Assembly: GCA_034659315.1 (NCBI GenBank)
Contig: JAYEGZ010000121.1
Span: 1 to 34,491, forward strand
Length of the DNA: 34,491 nt
Direction of reading: 5' to 3'
Source: Methanobacteriota archaeon
GTDB lineage: Archaea > Halobacteriota > Methanosarcinia > Methanosarcinales > Methanogasteraceae
The notes beneath the pieces were generated by a model. That model worked only from the letters and a program-made list of their open reading frames with translations, ran no database searches and was not told the origin of the DNA. Shown piece after piece: positions 16,327 through 25,502 of the stretch (its first letter is position 1; every line of letters starts with the position of its first letter). The translations under genes and the position numbers were made by a program.

Positions 16327-18102
16327 ATGGTTGCACGCAACATGCGAAGAATCGGCATCGTGATCGGCTCAGTGATAATAGTAGCAATCGTGATTATTGC
16401 GCTTGCAAACCATCTCAATCATAAATCTGATACAGAGATCAACTCCTACCGCTTTTATGGGAATCTGAGCATAAACGGGGATCACGCGCCCCGGCACACC
16501 ACGATCATCGCAAAGATCGGAAACCGGACGTGCGGGGCTACAGACCTAATATCACCAGGAACGTATGATCTCGAGGTGTTTGCACATCCCGGTACCAAAA
16601 AATACGTCTCGTTCTGGATAAAAACATCTTCAATGCAATCTGCGGTGAATGCAGCTCAGAAACGCACGCTGCCACATACCAAAAAGTGTTTACTTGATCT
16701 TACGGTTGAAATCAGCGATTCAGATCTCACCCGCGCGGCTTTGCACATGATGGCGCCAGAACCCGCCGAAAGAACTGATGCAGAAACCAATCCCGCGCCC
16801 GCCCCCACGTCCACCCAGTCCCTACCCCCAGCCCCAACATCGCAGACCCTGTATCAGCACGACCCGATGTTATGGGACATTGTGATCAGCGAAGTGATGT
16901 GGGATGGGGATGAGTACCTCGAACTCTACAATACGCTCGACCGCACCATCTGCATCGAGAACTGGACGATTACAAAAGGGTCTGGTGCGGTAAACGACAG
17001 TATAGCGGTGACCCTAAAGCATGGCGCAATCATACCGTCGCACGGCTATTACCTGATCGCAAGTAATGGTGCTGTGACCTGTAAACCGGATCAGATCACA
17101 AATCTTACACTCAAAAACAGTGGCGAGGTATTGCAGCTCTTCAATGGCTTTTCCATAATATCAAAGAGGATTGATGTTGTGAACCGTGATGGAAACTGGT
17201 TTGCCGGGAAGAACGATGACGTTGGGCAGTCCATGGAAAGAATTTCTCTGGAAAACGGTGCAAACCCCGATAACTGGTACACTTCGCTTGGATATATGTG
17301 CGGGCGTATCGGTACTCCCGGAAAGGAAAATTCGATCCCTGATAGAAACCCTCCTGAAATGACAATTGTCAGCGATCTGATTGGTGCAAACGATGATATT
17401 GTCGTCTCTTTCGATGAACGGATCGATATTTCGACGCTGCGCATATCCGTGATCGGTCCATATCATGGGTGGATCTCCGGGCATATCATCGGTGACGACG
17501 ACATGAAAGGCGCCCTCTTTGATCCGGACAACCCGCTTCAGGCGGGGCAGCATAGCGTCATGGTGACCTGCCGGGATCCGTCTGACAACTTTGTAGAATG
17601 TGATTTCTTGTTGACAGTTGCAGGCGTAGATGTAGGCGCGCCAGATGATGTGGTCGATGATGCGCCGGAACAAGTTCCTGCGCCGACACCAGATCCAACA
17701 CCCACCCCGGATCCCGGCGTCGCCACAAGAATCGTCGTGAACGAACTGATGCCAAATCCAATCGGGCGTGATCGCGGGAACGAGACTACAGAACTGTACA
17801 ACTACGGCGATGAGTCGGTCGATATTGGCGGCTGGGTTATTAAGAATGAGGATGGTGACGCGCACGAGATTCCGGCGGGAAAGATGATCGATGCGCATGG
17901 ATATTACTTGACAAAGGAGATACAGCTCGATAACAGTGGCGGGCAGGTGCTTTTGTATCGTGATGGCGAGGAAATTGACCGGAGTATCGCTTACATGGAT
18001 TCGACCGAAGGTGAGTCATGGCAGCGGCGGACTGACGGGCTTGATACTGATAGCGATGGCGACTGGACCCGGGCGCGTCCGACATTTGGGGTGGCTGGGT
18101 GA
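16327..18102 (+). CDS. membrane-anchored surface protein with two lamin-tail domains (LTD) and a central Ig-like domain
   Basis: N-terminal TM IGIVIGSVIIVAIVIIALA. LTD-like segments are ISEVMWDGDEYLELYN...ENWTI...HGYYLIAS...KNSGEVLQLFNG and VVNELMPNP...TELYNYGDESVDIGGWVI...HGYYL...DNSGGQVLLYRDG. Pro/Thr linkers are present. An A/T-rich box about 27 nt upstream of ATG 16327 suggests a leaderless start; the track's GTG 16303 is the alternative. Confidence 0.8.
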   Translation: MVARNMRRIGIVIGSVIIVAIVIIALANHLNHKSDTEINSYRFYGNLSINGDHAPRHTTIIAKIGNRTCGATDLISPGTYDLEVFAHPGTKKYVSFWIKTSSMQSAVNAAQKRTLPHTKKCLLDLTVEISDSDLTRAALHMMAPEPAERTDAETNPAPAPTSTQSLPPAPTSQTLYQHDPMLWDIVISEVMWDGDEYLELYNTLDRTICIENWTITKGSGAVNDSIAVTLKHGAIIPSHGYYLIASNGAVTCKPDQITNLTLKNSGEVLQLFNGFSIISKRIDVVNRDGNWFAGKNDDVGQSMERISLENGANPDNWYTSLGYMCGRIGTPGKENSIPDRNPPEMTIVSDLIGANDDIVVSFDERIDISTLRISVIGPYHGWISGHIIGDDDMKGALFDPDNPLQAGQHSVMVTCRDPSDNFVECDFLLTVAGVDVGAPDDVVDDAPEQVPAPTPDPTPTPDPGVATRIVVNELMPNPIGRDRGNETTELYNYGDESVDIGGWVIKNEDGDAHEIPAGKMIDAHGYYLTKEIQLDNSGGQVLLYRDGEEIDRSIAYMDSTEGESWQRRTDGLDTDSDGDWTRARPTFGVAG

Positions 18103-18170
18103 ATCGAGCACGAAAGCCCGTGCACAAAATTTATAGCGGATTAAAGAGCGATACTTAATAGGTGGTTTTG

Positions 18171-20348
18171 ATGGAGAAGGTATTCGGAATGAATAATAGC
18201 TGTGTGATGATGGGTTTGCTTGTATTGGTGTTTGTGGGATGCGCGTGTGCAGAACCCGGTGGCAATGACATAAAAACTCTTGTGACGGGCGAACAATGGA
18301 ATCTTGGTGGAGGATACGCGCTCGAAGCAAAGCAGATCGATCTTGAGGGTAACAAAGTTTGGCTATGTCTGTATAAAGATGGAGGGGAGATTGACAGCGA
18401 GGTAGTCGACACCGGCAGCCCCAATTTACAGAATCGAGTATACGCGTACACAGAGGGTGAGGTACTGATATTTTCGTGTTACGTCTCTGCGGTCTTCCGT
18501 GGAACCTGCTCCAATATGGTGCAGATCAACGATGTTTTTCTGATCGGTGGTCTTTTTTCGGGCGATTACGGGTTTGCGCTGGATGATTACCGGATCGGTT
18601 CGGTGTGGGATCTGTCCGAAGGCTATTCCATCGCAGCAAATGATGTTGCCTATCTGGGAAATAAGGCACGGATCACCCTACTGAAAGACGGCGTGGTGGT
18701 CGATGAAAGAATGCTAACCGAGAAATTCATGGCGCCCATTGATTCGGATTGCCGGTACAGCTATTCCGTAGATGAAACTGAGATCATCACAGCGACCCTG
18801 AAAGCAGCATTCCACGGGTGTGAATCAGACGCGATTCAACTTGCGGAGGTCTACCAGCGTTCGGAGATAGGTGGCAGCATACTGATTGACAACGAATCTC
18901 ATCTATTTAGATCAGCAGATCCGACCGGCATCCCATGGGATCTTACAGATGGATATGTGCTTACGTCGAAAGACATTGGTTTTAATGACGGTGAGGTCTG
19001 GCTTGAACTATCAAAGAATGGCATGATAATGAAGGAGATGATATTGAACGAGGATTTTGTCAGTACGTTCACCTGCACCTCTGGCACAGGCCGCATAAAC
19101 GGTGTGGTTGATCATGTATTCCACGGGTCCGGGGCAAACGTGGTCAAACTCATGAACGTCAGCCAGTACTCGGATGTTAACGGAACCGCCCTGCTCGTTG
19201 ATGAGACTCATTTCTACAAGACATCGGATCCGGATGGCGCTCCATGGAGACTGTCGGATGATTACGTGCTTACAGTGAAGCATCTTGATATCTACGGTGA
19301 TAAAGTATGGCTTGAGCTATCAAAAGACGGTGACATGGTCAAAGAAGGCATACTTGAGTCAGGCGATCTGTTTGAGTACAGAAACGGTCTTGAATCGGTT
19401 GATTGCACAGTCGAGGCTGTGTTTAAGGGAACACTGACAGACGTTGTCAAACTCAGGAATGTCAATCAGTATTCCAGCACCGGCACACGGTTGATTGATG
19501 ATGGATCAAAGACGTATGCGAGTGCAGATCCTACAGGCGAGGTGTGGGAGCGCTGGGAAGGTTACTCGCTTGACCCAAAGGATATTGATCTGGAGGGGAA
19601 TAAGGTCTGGCTATCACTATCAAAGAACGGTGCGGTCGTGAAGGATGCAATCGTTGACTCCGGAGAATCTGATGCTGATAGATGGTTCAAATACTATAAT
19701 GCAACAGGCGCGCTGGTGTTCAGCACATACGTTGATGCGGTTTTCCGCGGCACAGATTCCAATCTGATCCAGTTGAAGTACACAACCCAGTATTCCGAGA
19801 TCGATGGAAGAGTATTTATCGAGCCAAGTACTGAATCGTGGCAGTTGCAGGAAGGGTATTATCTGACTGCACAGGAGATGTACTGGAATGACTCCGTGTG
19901 GCTGCAACTTTCGAAAAACGATAAATTAGTTGATGAAGGTCTGTTTTATGGTTCATTCGACCTACAAAACGACACTGCTGGTCACACGATGGTTTTCGGA
20001 ACGATTAGCAGCTATAATCCCTGGCAGGATTATGTGCAACTGACTTCTGTTACACAGTATCAGGAATCAACCGGAGCAGTGCTGGCAACAGGGCAATCGG
20101 CGACTTTGTATGCATCATGGAGCCTTAAAACTGATAAAAAGACATTATGTACGGGGGTTACGATCATCGAACACAGAGGCGACCCTGACCGCGACGGTGA
20201 AATCACCCCAACTGATGCCATGATCGCGCTTCAGATCGTAGCTGGTGGCGGATGTAATGCTGATGCGGACGTGAGTGGCGACGGGAATGTTACCTCGCTT
20301 GATGCACTGATGATCCTGCAGGCGGCGGCTGGCGCGATAGAATTATGA
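18171..20348 (+). CDS. secreted protein with six S-layer duplication-type modules and a C-terminal type I dockerin
   Basis: AGGTGG lies 6 nt before ATG 18171 and there is a signal peptide (MNNSCVMMGLLVLVFVGCACA). The module motif W.L..GY.L....ID..G.KVWL.LSK.G..V, followed by AVF.G....V.L..V.QYS, occurs six times. The C-terminus is DPDRDGEITPTDA...DVSGDGNVTSLDALMILQ. Confidence 0.85.
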   Translation: MEKVFGMNNSCVMMGLLVLVFVGCACAEPGGNDIKTLVTGEQWNLGGGYALEAKQIDLEGNKVWLCLYKDGGEIDSEVVDTGSPNLQNRVYAYTEGEVLIFSCYVSAVFRGTCSNMVQINDVFLIGGLFSGDYGFALDDYRIGSVWDLSEGYSIAANDVAYLGNKARITLLKDGVVVDERMLTEKFMAPIDSDCRYSYSVDETEIITATLKAAFHGCESDAIQLAEVYQRSEIGGSILIDNESHLFRSADPTGIPWDLTDGYVLTSKDIGFNDGEVWLELSKNGMIMKEMILNEDFVSTFTCTSGTGRINGVVDHVFHGSGANVVKLMNVSQYSDVNGTALLVDETHFYKTSDPDGAPWRLSDDYVLTVKHLDIYGDKVWLELSKDGDMVKEGILESGDLFEYRNGLESVDCTVEAVFKGTLTDVVKLRNVNQYSSTGTRLIDDGSKTYASADPTGEVWERWEGYSLDPKDIDLEGNKVWLSLSKNGAVVKDAIVDSGESDADRWFKYYNATGALVFSTYVDAVFRGTDSNLIQLKYTTQYSEIDGRVFIEPSTESWQLQEGYYLTAQEMYWNDSVWLQLSKNDKLVDEGLFYGSFDLQNDTAGHTMVFGTISSYNPWQDYVQLTSVTQYQESTGAVLATGQSATLYASWSLKTDKKTLCTGVTIIEHRGDPDRDGEITPTDAMIALQIVAGGGCNADADVSGDGNVTSLDALMILQAAAGAIEL

Positions 20349-20529
20349 CAACCCCCCCCCGGGGGCAACATTTTCCGGCTGCTGCCTGTGCTGATTGGTT
20401 GCAGTTGTAGCAGTAATCCAGGCGCGGGCACTCCGATTCAGGATGCGGTCGATGATGCAGAACCCCGAACTGGCTAATCTGGGATACATGTGAAAAATTC
20501 ATAAGCCATCAACAATAAATGGTACCATA

Positions 20530-21648
20530 ATGTTTGAAAACATCAGGAGCATGTTTGATCAATATTCCTTTGTTGTTTCACCGGATGACCTGATCGTTTT
20601 CTTTCTAATAATCTTTCTCACCTTGACTTTGCGAAAACTCAGCATCTACATCTTCGAGAAAAAACTGGCAAAACTTGCCAAAAAGACGAAGACCGAGATT
20701 GATGACCTGCTCGTAGTCGCATTCAAATCACCTCTTGGCTACATGATCATGGTCTGTGGAATCTATGCTGCCATCGCTTCGCTGCATCTGCCGGATCAGA
20801 TGGGGATATTGAATATCGCATGGTTCCATCATTTCTTTTTCACGATTGCATTCACGTTCGTAGTCCTCCTGCTCCTGCTCAACCTGATCAATGTCTTAGC
20901 ATATCAGCTGTATAAGGTGACACGGAAGACCGAGACGAAACTTGATGAGCAACTGGCGCCGCTTCTCATAAAGAGCCTCAAGGTCGTTGTGGTGACGATC
21001 ACGATCCTTGCCATGATGGATAACCTTGAGTACGACATCACATCGCTTCTGGCTGGTCTTGGCGTCGGCGGGCTTGCGCTCGCTCTGGCGGCGCAGGAGA
21101 CCGTAAGTAACATATTCGGATCGCTCACGGTCTTCTCCGACCGGTCTTTTCACATCGGCGACTGGATTAAGGTCGGGGAAGTGGAGGGAACTGTTGAAGA
21201 CGTGGGGCTCCGGTCCACACGGATACGCAGGTTTGATCAGGCGCTCGTGACCGTTCCAAACAGCCGTTTCATCAGATCCGACATTATAAACTTCACCCGG
21301 ATGAAAAAACGCCGAATAAAGTTCTATCTCGGCGTATCGTACAAAACGAGCAGGAAACAGATGGAAGAGGTTGTTGAGGGGATCAAACAGATCATAAAAG
21401 AAGACTCCAATTTCGATCACACATTCTACATGGTTCACTTCACAGATTTTGGTGCATACTCGCTTGATGTCTTCATATACTGCTTCACAAAGACGACGGT
21501 GTGGGATGAGTTCCTTGCGGTTCGCGAGGAGTTTAACCTCAAAATCATGCACCTCCTCGAAGAGATGGGTGTAGAGATTGCGTACCCCACGCAGACGATC
21601 TGTCTGGAAGGTGGTGTGGTGGAACGTGACATAGACCGCGATCTCTGA
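20530..21648 (+). CDS. small-conductance mechanosensitive channel (MscS family)
   Basis: N-terminal TM helices are followed by an MscS core: LAGLGVGGLALALAAQETVSNIFGSL...HIGDWIKV....GTVEDVGLRSTRIR..D...V.VPNS. Confidence 0.9.
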   Translation: MFENIRSMFDQYSFVVSPDDLIVFFLIIFLTLTLRKLSIYIFEKKLAKLAKKTKTEIDDLLVVAFKSPLGYMIMVCGIYAAIASLHLPDQMGILNIAWFHHFFFTIAFTFVVLLLLLNLINVLAYQLYKVTRKTETKLDEQLAPLLIKSLKVVVVTITILAMMDNLEYDITSLLAGLGVGGLALALAAQETVSNIFGSLTVFSDRSFHIGDWIKVGEVEGTVEDVGLRSTRIRRFDQALVTVPNSRFIRSDIINFTRMKKRRIKFYLGVSYKTSRKQMEEVVEGIKQIIKEDSNFDHTFYMVHFTDFGAYSLDVFIYCFTKTTVWDEFLAVREEFNLKIMHLLEEMGVEIAYPTQTICLEGGVVERDIDRDL

Positions 21649-21795
21649 TCTGCCAAAAAACGCTCGCTAAGGTCGATTGTTCGGACCTGCGACATTTGTT
21701 TAAACGTGTGTATTCGTGTTAAAATCACGAATGTGGACGGATGCCGTGAATTACTTCACCGGTTTACCTGCAAATCTCCGGAGTCAATTAAAACG

Positions 21796-23262
21796 TCACT
21801 CATCACCGTTCTCGACGCCAACTGTTGCGAAGAATCGCTTCATCACCACTTCCTCTGCCATCCGCATCAGTGCCTGCCGATCTCTTGTGTCGCTGAACAC
21901 CCCAAGTGGAATCTGAGCGCCAGCCATGGTCGCATGTCCTCCAGCGGAGCCTGCCGGAGCGAATGCTTTCTGCATGATATCTCCAAGATTCAGCCGGATG
22001 TCACGGCTCCTTCCTGAGATGTGTATGCAATCATCCCCGATTCCGTAGACGAGAACCGTTGTGATTCCTTCGAGGTTCAGCAGGTAGTCAGCAGCCTGGG
22101 CAAGTGCGTCCCGGTCCCGGATGATGCCCGCATTCGTGACCAGATAGCTGCCCTTGACCTTCCGGTTCCGTATGGCTTCCCCGAACGTCTCCAGCGTCTC
22201 GGTCGAGATCGCCGGTGTTTCGATCCGGTTCAGGATCTCGTGGTCTGCAAGCGGGTACAGGAATGCCGCAGCAGTTAGATCAACAAGATTTGCGTTCCGC
22301 TTGAATCCAAGTGTATCTGTACGGATACCGTACAACAACGCGGTTGCAAGGTCTTTGTCGACTGGAATACCCATCTCCTGTAGATATTTTGTCAGAATCG
22401 TCGCCGTAGCCCCGCTGTTTGGACGGATGTCTATATGATCCGCACGTATCTTCTTCATATCCACAGGATGGTGGTCGATGATGATGTCCACGACGGCATC
22501 TTTGGGAAGTAGATTGTTCTCGCCCGGTAGCGAGCAGTCGACCATCGCAATCTTCTTAAAATCGCTCATCGGGTGTTCGTTGTGTCCATCGAGCTTGTCC
22601 ATACCGATATGGAGCAGATTCACGAAGGCTTTGTTCTCCTGATGCCCGATCTCCCCCCGGTACACAATCTCGGATTCTGCGCCAACGCTTGCGGCAATTG
22701 TTTTTAATGCAACTGCGCTTGACATGGCATCAGGATCCGGGTTATCATGTACTACAATCGCGAGTTTCTTATTGCCAATCGAGCGCAGAATATCAAGAAT
22801 GTTTGACGCATCTCTGACAGACTCGGCAAGCTCGATGATCCGGATCGTGGCGTCCGCAACGATCCTCGGCGGCACGATTACGCTGTCTGCACCCGCGTCT
22901 TCAAGCTCGCTCTTTGCAACAGTGCTCGGAGCGCGTGCAATCACCTGAATGTCCTTGGAGATCTTCTTCACAGTGGCAATTGCACTGCTATTTGCCGCAA
23001 CATCGGAACTCAGCACCAGTACGAATTCTATGCTCTTGATGTCGATTGGGTCAAGCAGATGGGGGTCACTGAGATCTCCCACAACGGTTTCAAACTCCTG
23101 TTCACGCAGAGTCTCGACCTTTCTGACATCCTTGTCGATCATCACGACTTTCTTATTCCGATTGGTCAATTCTCTGGCGACCGCAGACCCAATCCTCCCA
23201 CTACCTATAACGATATACGGCGCTTGCGGTTTTTTATCGCCATTCTGGTCATCGTTCTGCAT
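21796..23262 (-). CDS. RCK (TrkA_N)-DHH-DHHA1 phosphoesterase
   Basis: N-terminal Rossmann motif IGSGRIGSAVARELT with VMIDKD. DHH motifs are VHDNPDPDAMSS and IIIDHHP. DHHA1 motif is GGHATMAGAQ. ATG 23262 is preferred over the track's GTG 23271. Confidence 0.85.
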   Translation of the reverse strand: MQNDDQNGDKKPQAPYIVIGSGRIGSAVARELTNRNKKVVMIDKDVRKVETLREQEFETVVGDLSDPHLLDPIDIKSIEFVLVLSSDVAANSSAIATVKKISKDIQVIARAPSTVAKSELEDAGADSVIVPPRIVADATIRIIELAESVRDASNILDILRSIGNKKLAIVVHDNPDPDAMSSAVALKTIAASVGAESEIVYRGEIGHQENKAFVNLLHIGMDKLDGHNEHPMSDFKKIAMVDCSLPGENNLLPKDAVVDIIIDHHPVDMKKIRADHIDIRPNSGATATILTKYLQEMGIPVDKDLATALLYGIRTDTLGFKRNANLVDLTAAAFLYPLADHEILNRIETPAISTETLETFGEAIRNRKVKGSYLVTNAGIIRDRDALAQAADYLLNLEGITTVLVYGIGDDCIHISGRSRDIRLNLGDIMQKAFAPAGSAGGHATMAGAQIPLGVFSDTRDRQALMRMAEEVVMKRFFATVGVENGDE

Positions 23263-23703
23263 ACAAGTCACCTTGCCTGAACTGTACGTCGACGCGGGAA
23301 CCTTTATACAAGTGTTTCATCCCCAGTCATTAACCGAATCATTGTACATATACATATCGGATACGAATCTCCACATTCTAACATTACGTTAGCACATCGA
23401 CGTAAGTAGCACATACTATGTGCAGGGTCTGTTTTAACACTTTTGGTGGTCATGGCTTGAAAACCCCTCCAAAAAGTCCCTGCAATAATTCTCATGTGCG
23501 TGGCAACCGCGGATGCGCGAGAGTACTTGATGATGCTGCGGTTAATCATACACAATCACGCAGACATCCCGGAACTGTCAACCCATTAACTTTAAATGAG
23601 TTTACACCATAAGTATCATTGCGTATGATCCATACGTTACAGGGAGTTGATCGGCAAGGTTGGGTCCGGTTGGTAGTAAGTTTTAAATGCACCTTGAACA
23701 TGC

Positions 23704-24669
23704 ATGAATACATTTACCAATGGTGATGAAATGAAAAGGCAGCAGACGACAAACAAACCCCGACCAATGGGAGTCCGGGGCGCGCTGGATAGGGGCGGTA
23801 ATGGGCTTGACTCACACATTGCAACGCATTATGGTGATGTGTTGGCGGTTGCGACCGAGGACGTTGTGACAGTTCCGCCGACTACACCGATCATGACTAC
23901 GGTCAGAACGATGCTTGAACATGGATTCCGGAGAATTCCTATAGCGGATGCCGGCACACAGCAGTTGAAAGGCATCATCGTGTGCAAGGACATCGTTGAT
24001 TTTCTGTGCGGCGGACCAAGACACTTACTTGTCACCAACCGATTTGATGGCAATCTACTCGCCGCGGTCAACGAGGAGATCCGTGCGATCATGAAGACTG
24101 AGGTTCCGTATCTGGATACGAACGCCTCAATCAGCGATGCGCTGAAGCTGATGCATGATAAGTCGGTCGGGTGCCTGCCGATCATCGGTGAGGCTAAACG
24201 CGTATCTGCGATCGTGACCGAACAGGATTTCATGCGCCTGATTGCAGACGTCAAGACTGGTGTCGCTATAAATGAGTACATGTCTACAAATGTGACCACC
24301 GTCGAACCGGACGTCGAAATCGGGGTTGCGGGCAAACTGATGGTCGATAATAAGTTTAGACGGCTCCCGGTTGTCAAAAATGGGATATTGCTCGGGATTG
24401 CCACCGCTTTTGATATGTTGCGTTTTCTTGGCAGCGGCGAAGCACTTAAAAAGGGTGCAAACGGCATAGAGGATACACTGACGACACCAGTCAAATCGTT
24501 AATCACGCGGGATGTTATCTGGGCGACATCGGATCACGATCTTGGCGAGGTTGCTGGTATGATGGATACAAATAATGTGGGTTCGATTCCGATCATCGAT
24601 CAAGGTGTTCTCACAGGAATAGTAACTGAAAGAGACATTGTCCGGGCGTTAGCTACACTGAAGCAATAG
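23704..24669 (+). CDS. CBS-domain protein (four CBS motifs, no effector domain)
   Basis: Repeated CBS signatures (…RRIPIAD…, …GCLPIIGE…, …RRLPVVKNG.LLGI.T..D, …GSIPIIDQGVLTGIVTERDI). 321 aa. Confidence 0.85.
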   Translation: MNTFTNGDEMKRQQTTNKPRPMGVRGALDRGGNGLDSHIATHYGDVLAVATEDVVTVPPTTPIMTTVRTMLEHGFRRIPIADAGTQQLKGIIVCKDIVDFLCGGPRHLLVTNRFDGNLLAAVNEEIRAIMKTEVPYLDTNASISDALKLMHDKSVGCLPIIGEAKRVSAIVTEQDFMRLIADVKTGVAINEYMSTNVTTVEPDVEIGVAGKLMVDNKFRRLPVVKNGILLGIATAFDMLRFLGSGEALKKGANGIEDTLTTPVKSLITRDVIWATSDHDLGEVAGMMDTNNVGSIPIIDQGVLTGIVTERDIVRALATLKQ

Positions 24670-24693
24670 ACAATGAAATGACGTAATAACAAC

Positions 24694-25500
24694 ATGACAG
24701 AGATGAGGGTTAGGGATATAATGAGCACTCAGGTGTACGCGGTTACACCGGGGGAGCCACTTTCGCGGGCACGTAACCTGATGCTTCGCCACAAGATCAG
24801 CAGGTTGCTGGTGCTGATGCATGACGAGCCTGTCGGCATGCTCACCAAAGCCGATATCACATGCAGGCTTAATCAGGCAGAGCCGCAGTGGCGTAGGCGC
24901 CCGATAGACCAGATTCCAGTCCAGTTGGTCATGACAAAGTCTTTGATCGGCATATATCCGGATGCCACACTGCCACAAGCATGTGAACTGCTGCTTGAGA
25001 ACGATATTGGCGGGCTTGTCGTCCGCGATGAGGATCTACACGGGATCATCACCAAGTGGGACATGATCCTGTACATCTCAAAGCATTCAGCAGATCTACG
25101 TGCGTGTGACATCATGTCTGATTTTATTGCAGTCGTGCATCGCCAGCATTCGGTTGGGCACGTCATAAATACGATGGATGCCGAGGATGTGGACCGGGTC
25201 GTCGTTCTTGAATACGGTGGAAAGCCGATCGGCATGATCACAAATTCCAATCTGGCGTTTGGGTGTGCGTCTGACCCACGTGGCAGAGACAAGAAGTTTC
25301 TTGAAGTTCCGGTCGTTGCGGAGGACATTATGTCCACGCCACTGATAACGATTCCGGAGGATGGTCTTGTAACCGATGCGGCGCGGACAATGGTCGATGA
25401 ACTTATTAACAGCATCATCGTTCTTGATGCTGAATCTGATGTTGTTGGGATCCTGGATCAGGAGAGTATACTCCGAGGGATCATTATGCTTGGAGAATAA
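24694..25500 (+). CDS. CBS-domain protein (four CBS motifs, no effector domain)
   Basis: ISRLLVL...PVGMLTKADI, GGLVVRDEDLHGIITKWDM, DRVVVLEYGGKPIGMITNSN, NSIIVLDAESDVVGILDQESI. It starts 24 nt after the previous stop. Confidence 0.85.
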   Translation: MTEMRVRDIMSTQVYAVTPGEPLSRARNLMLRHKISRLLVLMHDEPVGMLTKADITCRLNQAEPQWRRRPIDQIPVQLVMTKSLIGIYPDATLPQACELLLENDIGGLVVRDEDLHGIITKWDMILYISKHSADLRACDIMSDFIAVVHRQHSVGHVINTMDAEDVDRVVVLEYGGKPIGMITNSNLAFGCASDPRGRDKKFLEVPVVAEDIMSTPLITIPEDGLVTDAARTMVDELINSIIVLDAESDVVGILDQESILRGIIMLGE

Positions 25501-25502
25501 TT

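Noticed and set aside
17161-17898. 245-aa minus-strand ORF and other antisense ORFs in the LTD gene
   Set aside because: It is fully nested antisense in a gene with clear domain architecture. The translation is Arg/His/Ile-rich with no motifs.
20290-20502. Minus-strand ORFs 20231..20431 and 20290..20502 between the dockerin gene and MscS
   Set aside because: They are Pro/Ala/Gly-rich translations spanning the C9G5 tract and overlap the 3' end of the dockerin gene. They have no start context.
20896-21552. 218-aa minus-strand ORF
   Set aside because: It is antisense to the well-supported MscS gene.
21712-21732. Hairpin ATTCGTG-ttaaaat-CACGAAT between the convergent MscS and DHH genes
   Set aside because: The 7-bp stem has no adjacent T tract on either strand. 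Archaeal termination usually relies on oligo-T, so I do not call it a terminator.
23829-24506. 225-aa minus-strand ORF
   Set aside because: It is antisense to the first CBS gene. The translation is Ser/Thr-rich and low in complexity.
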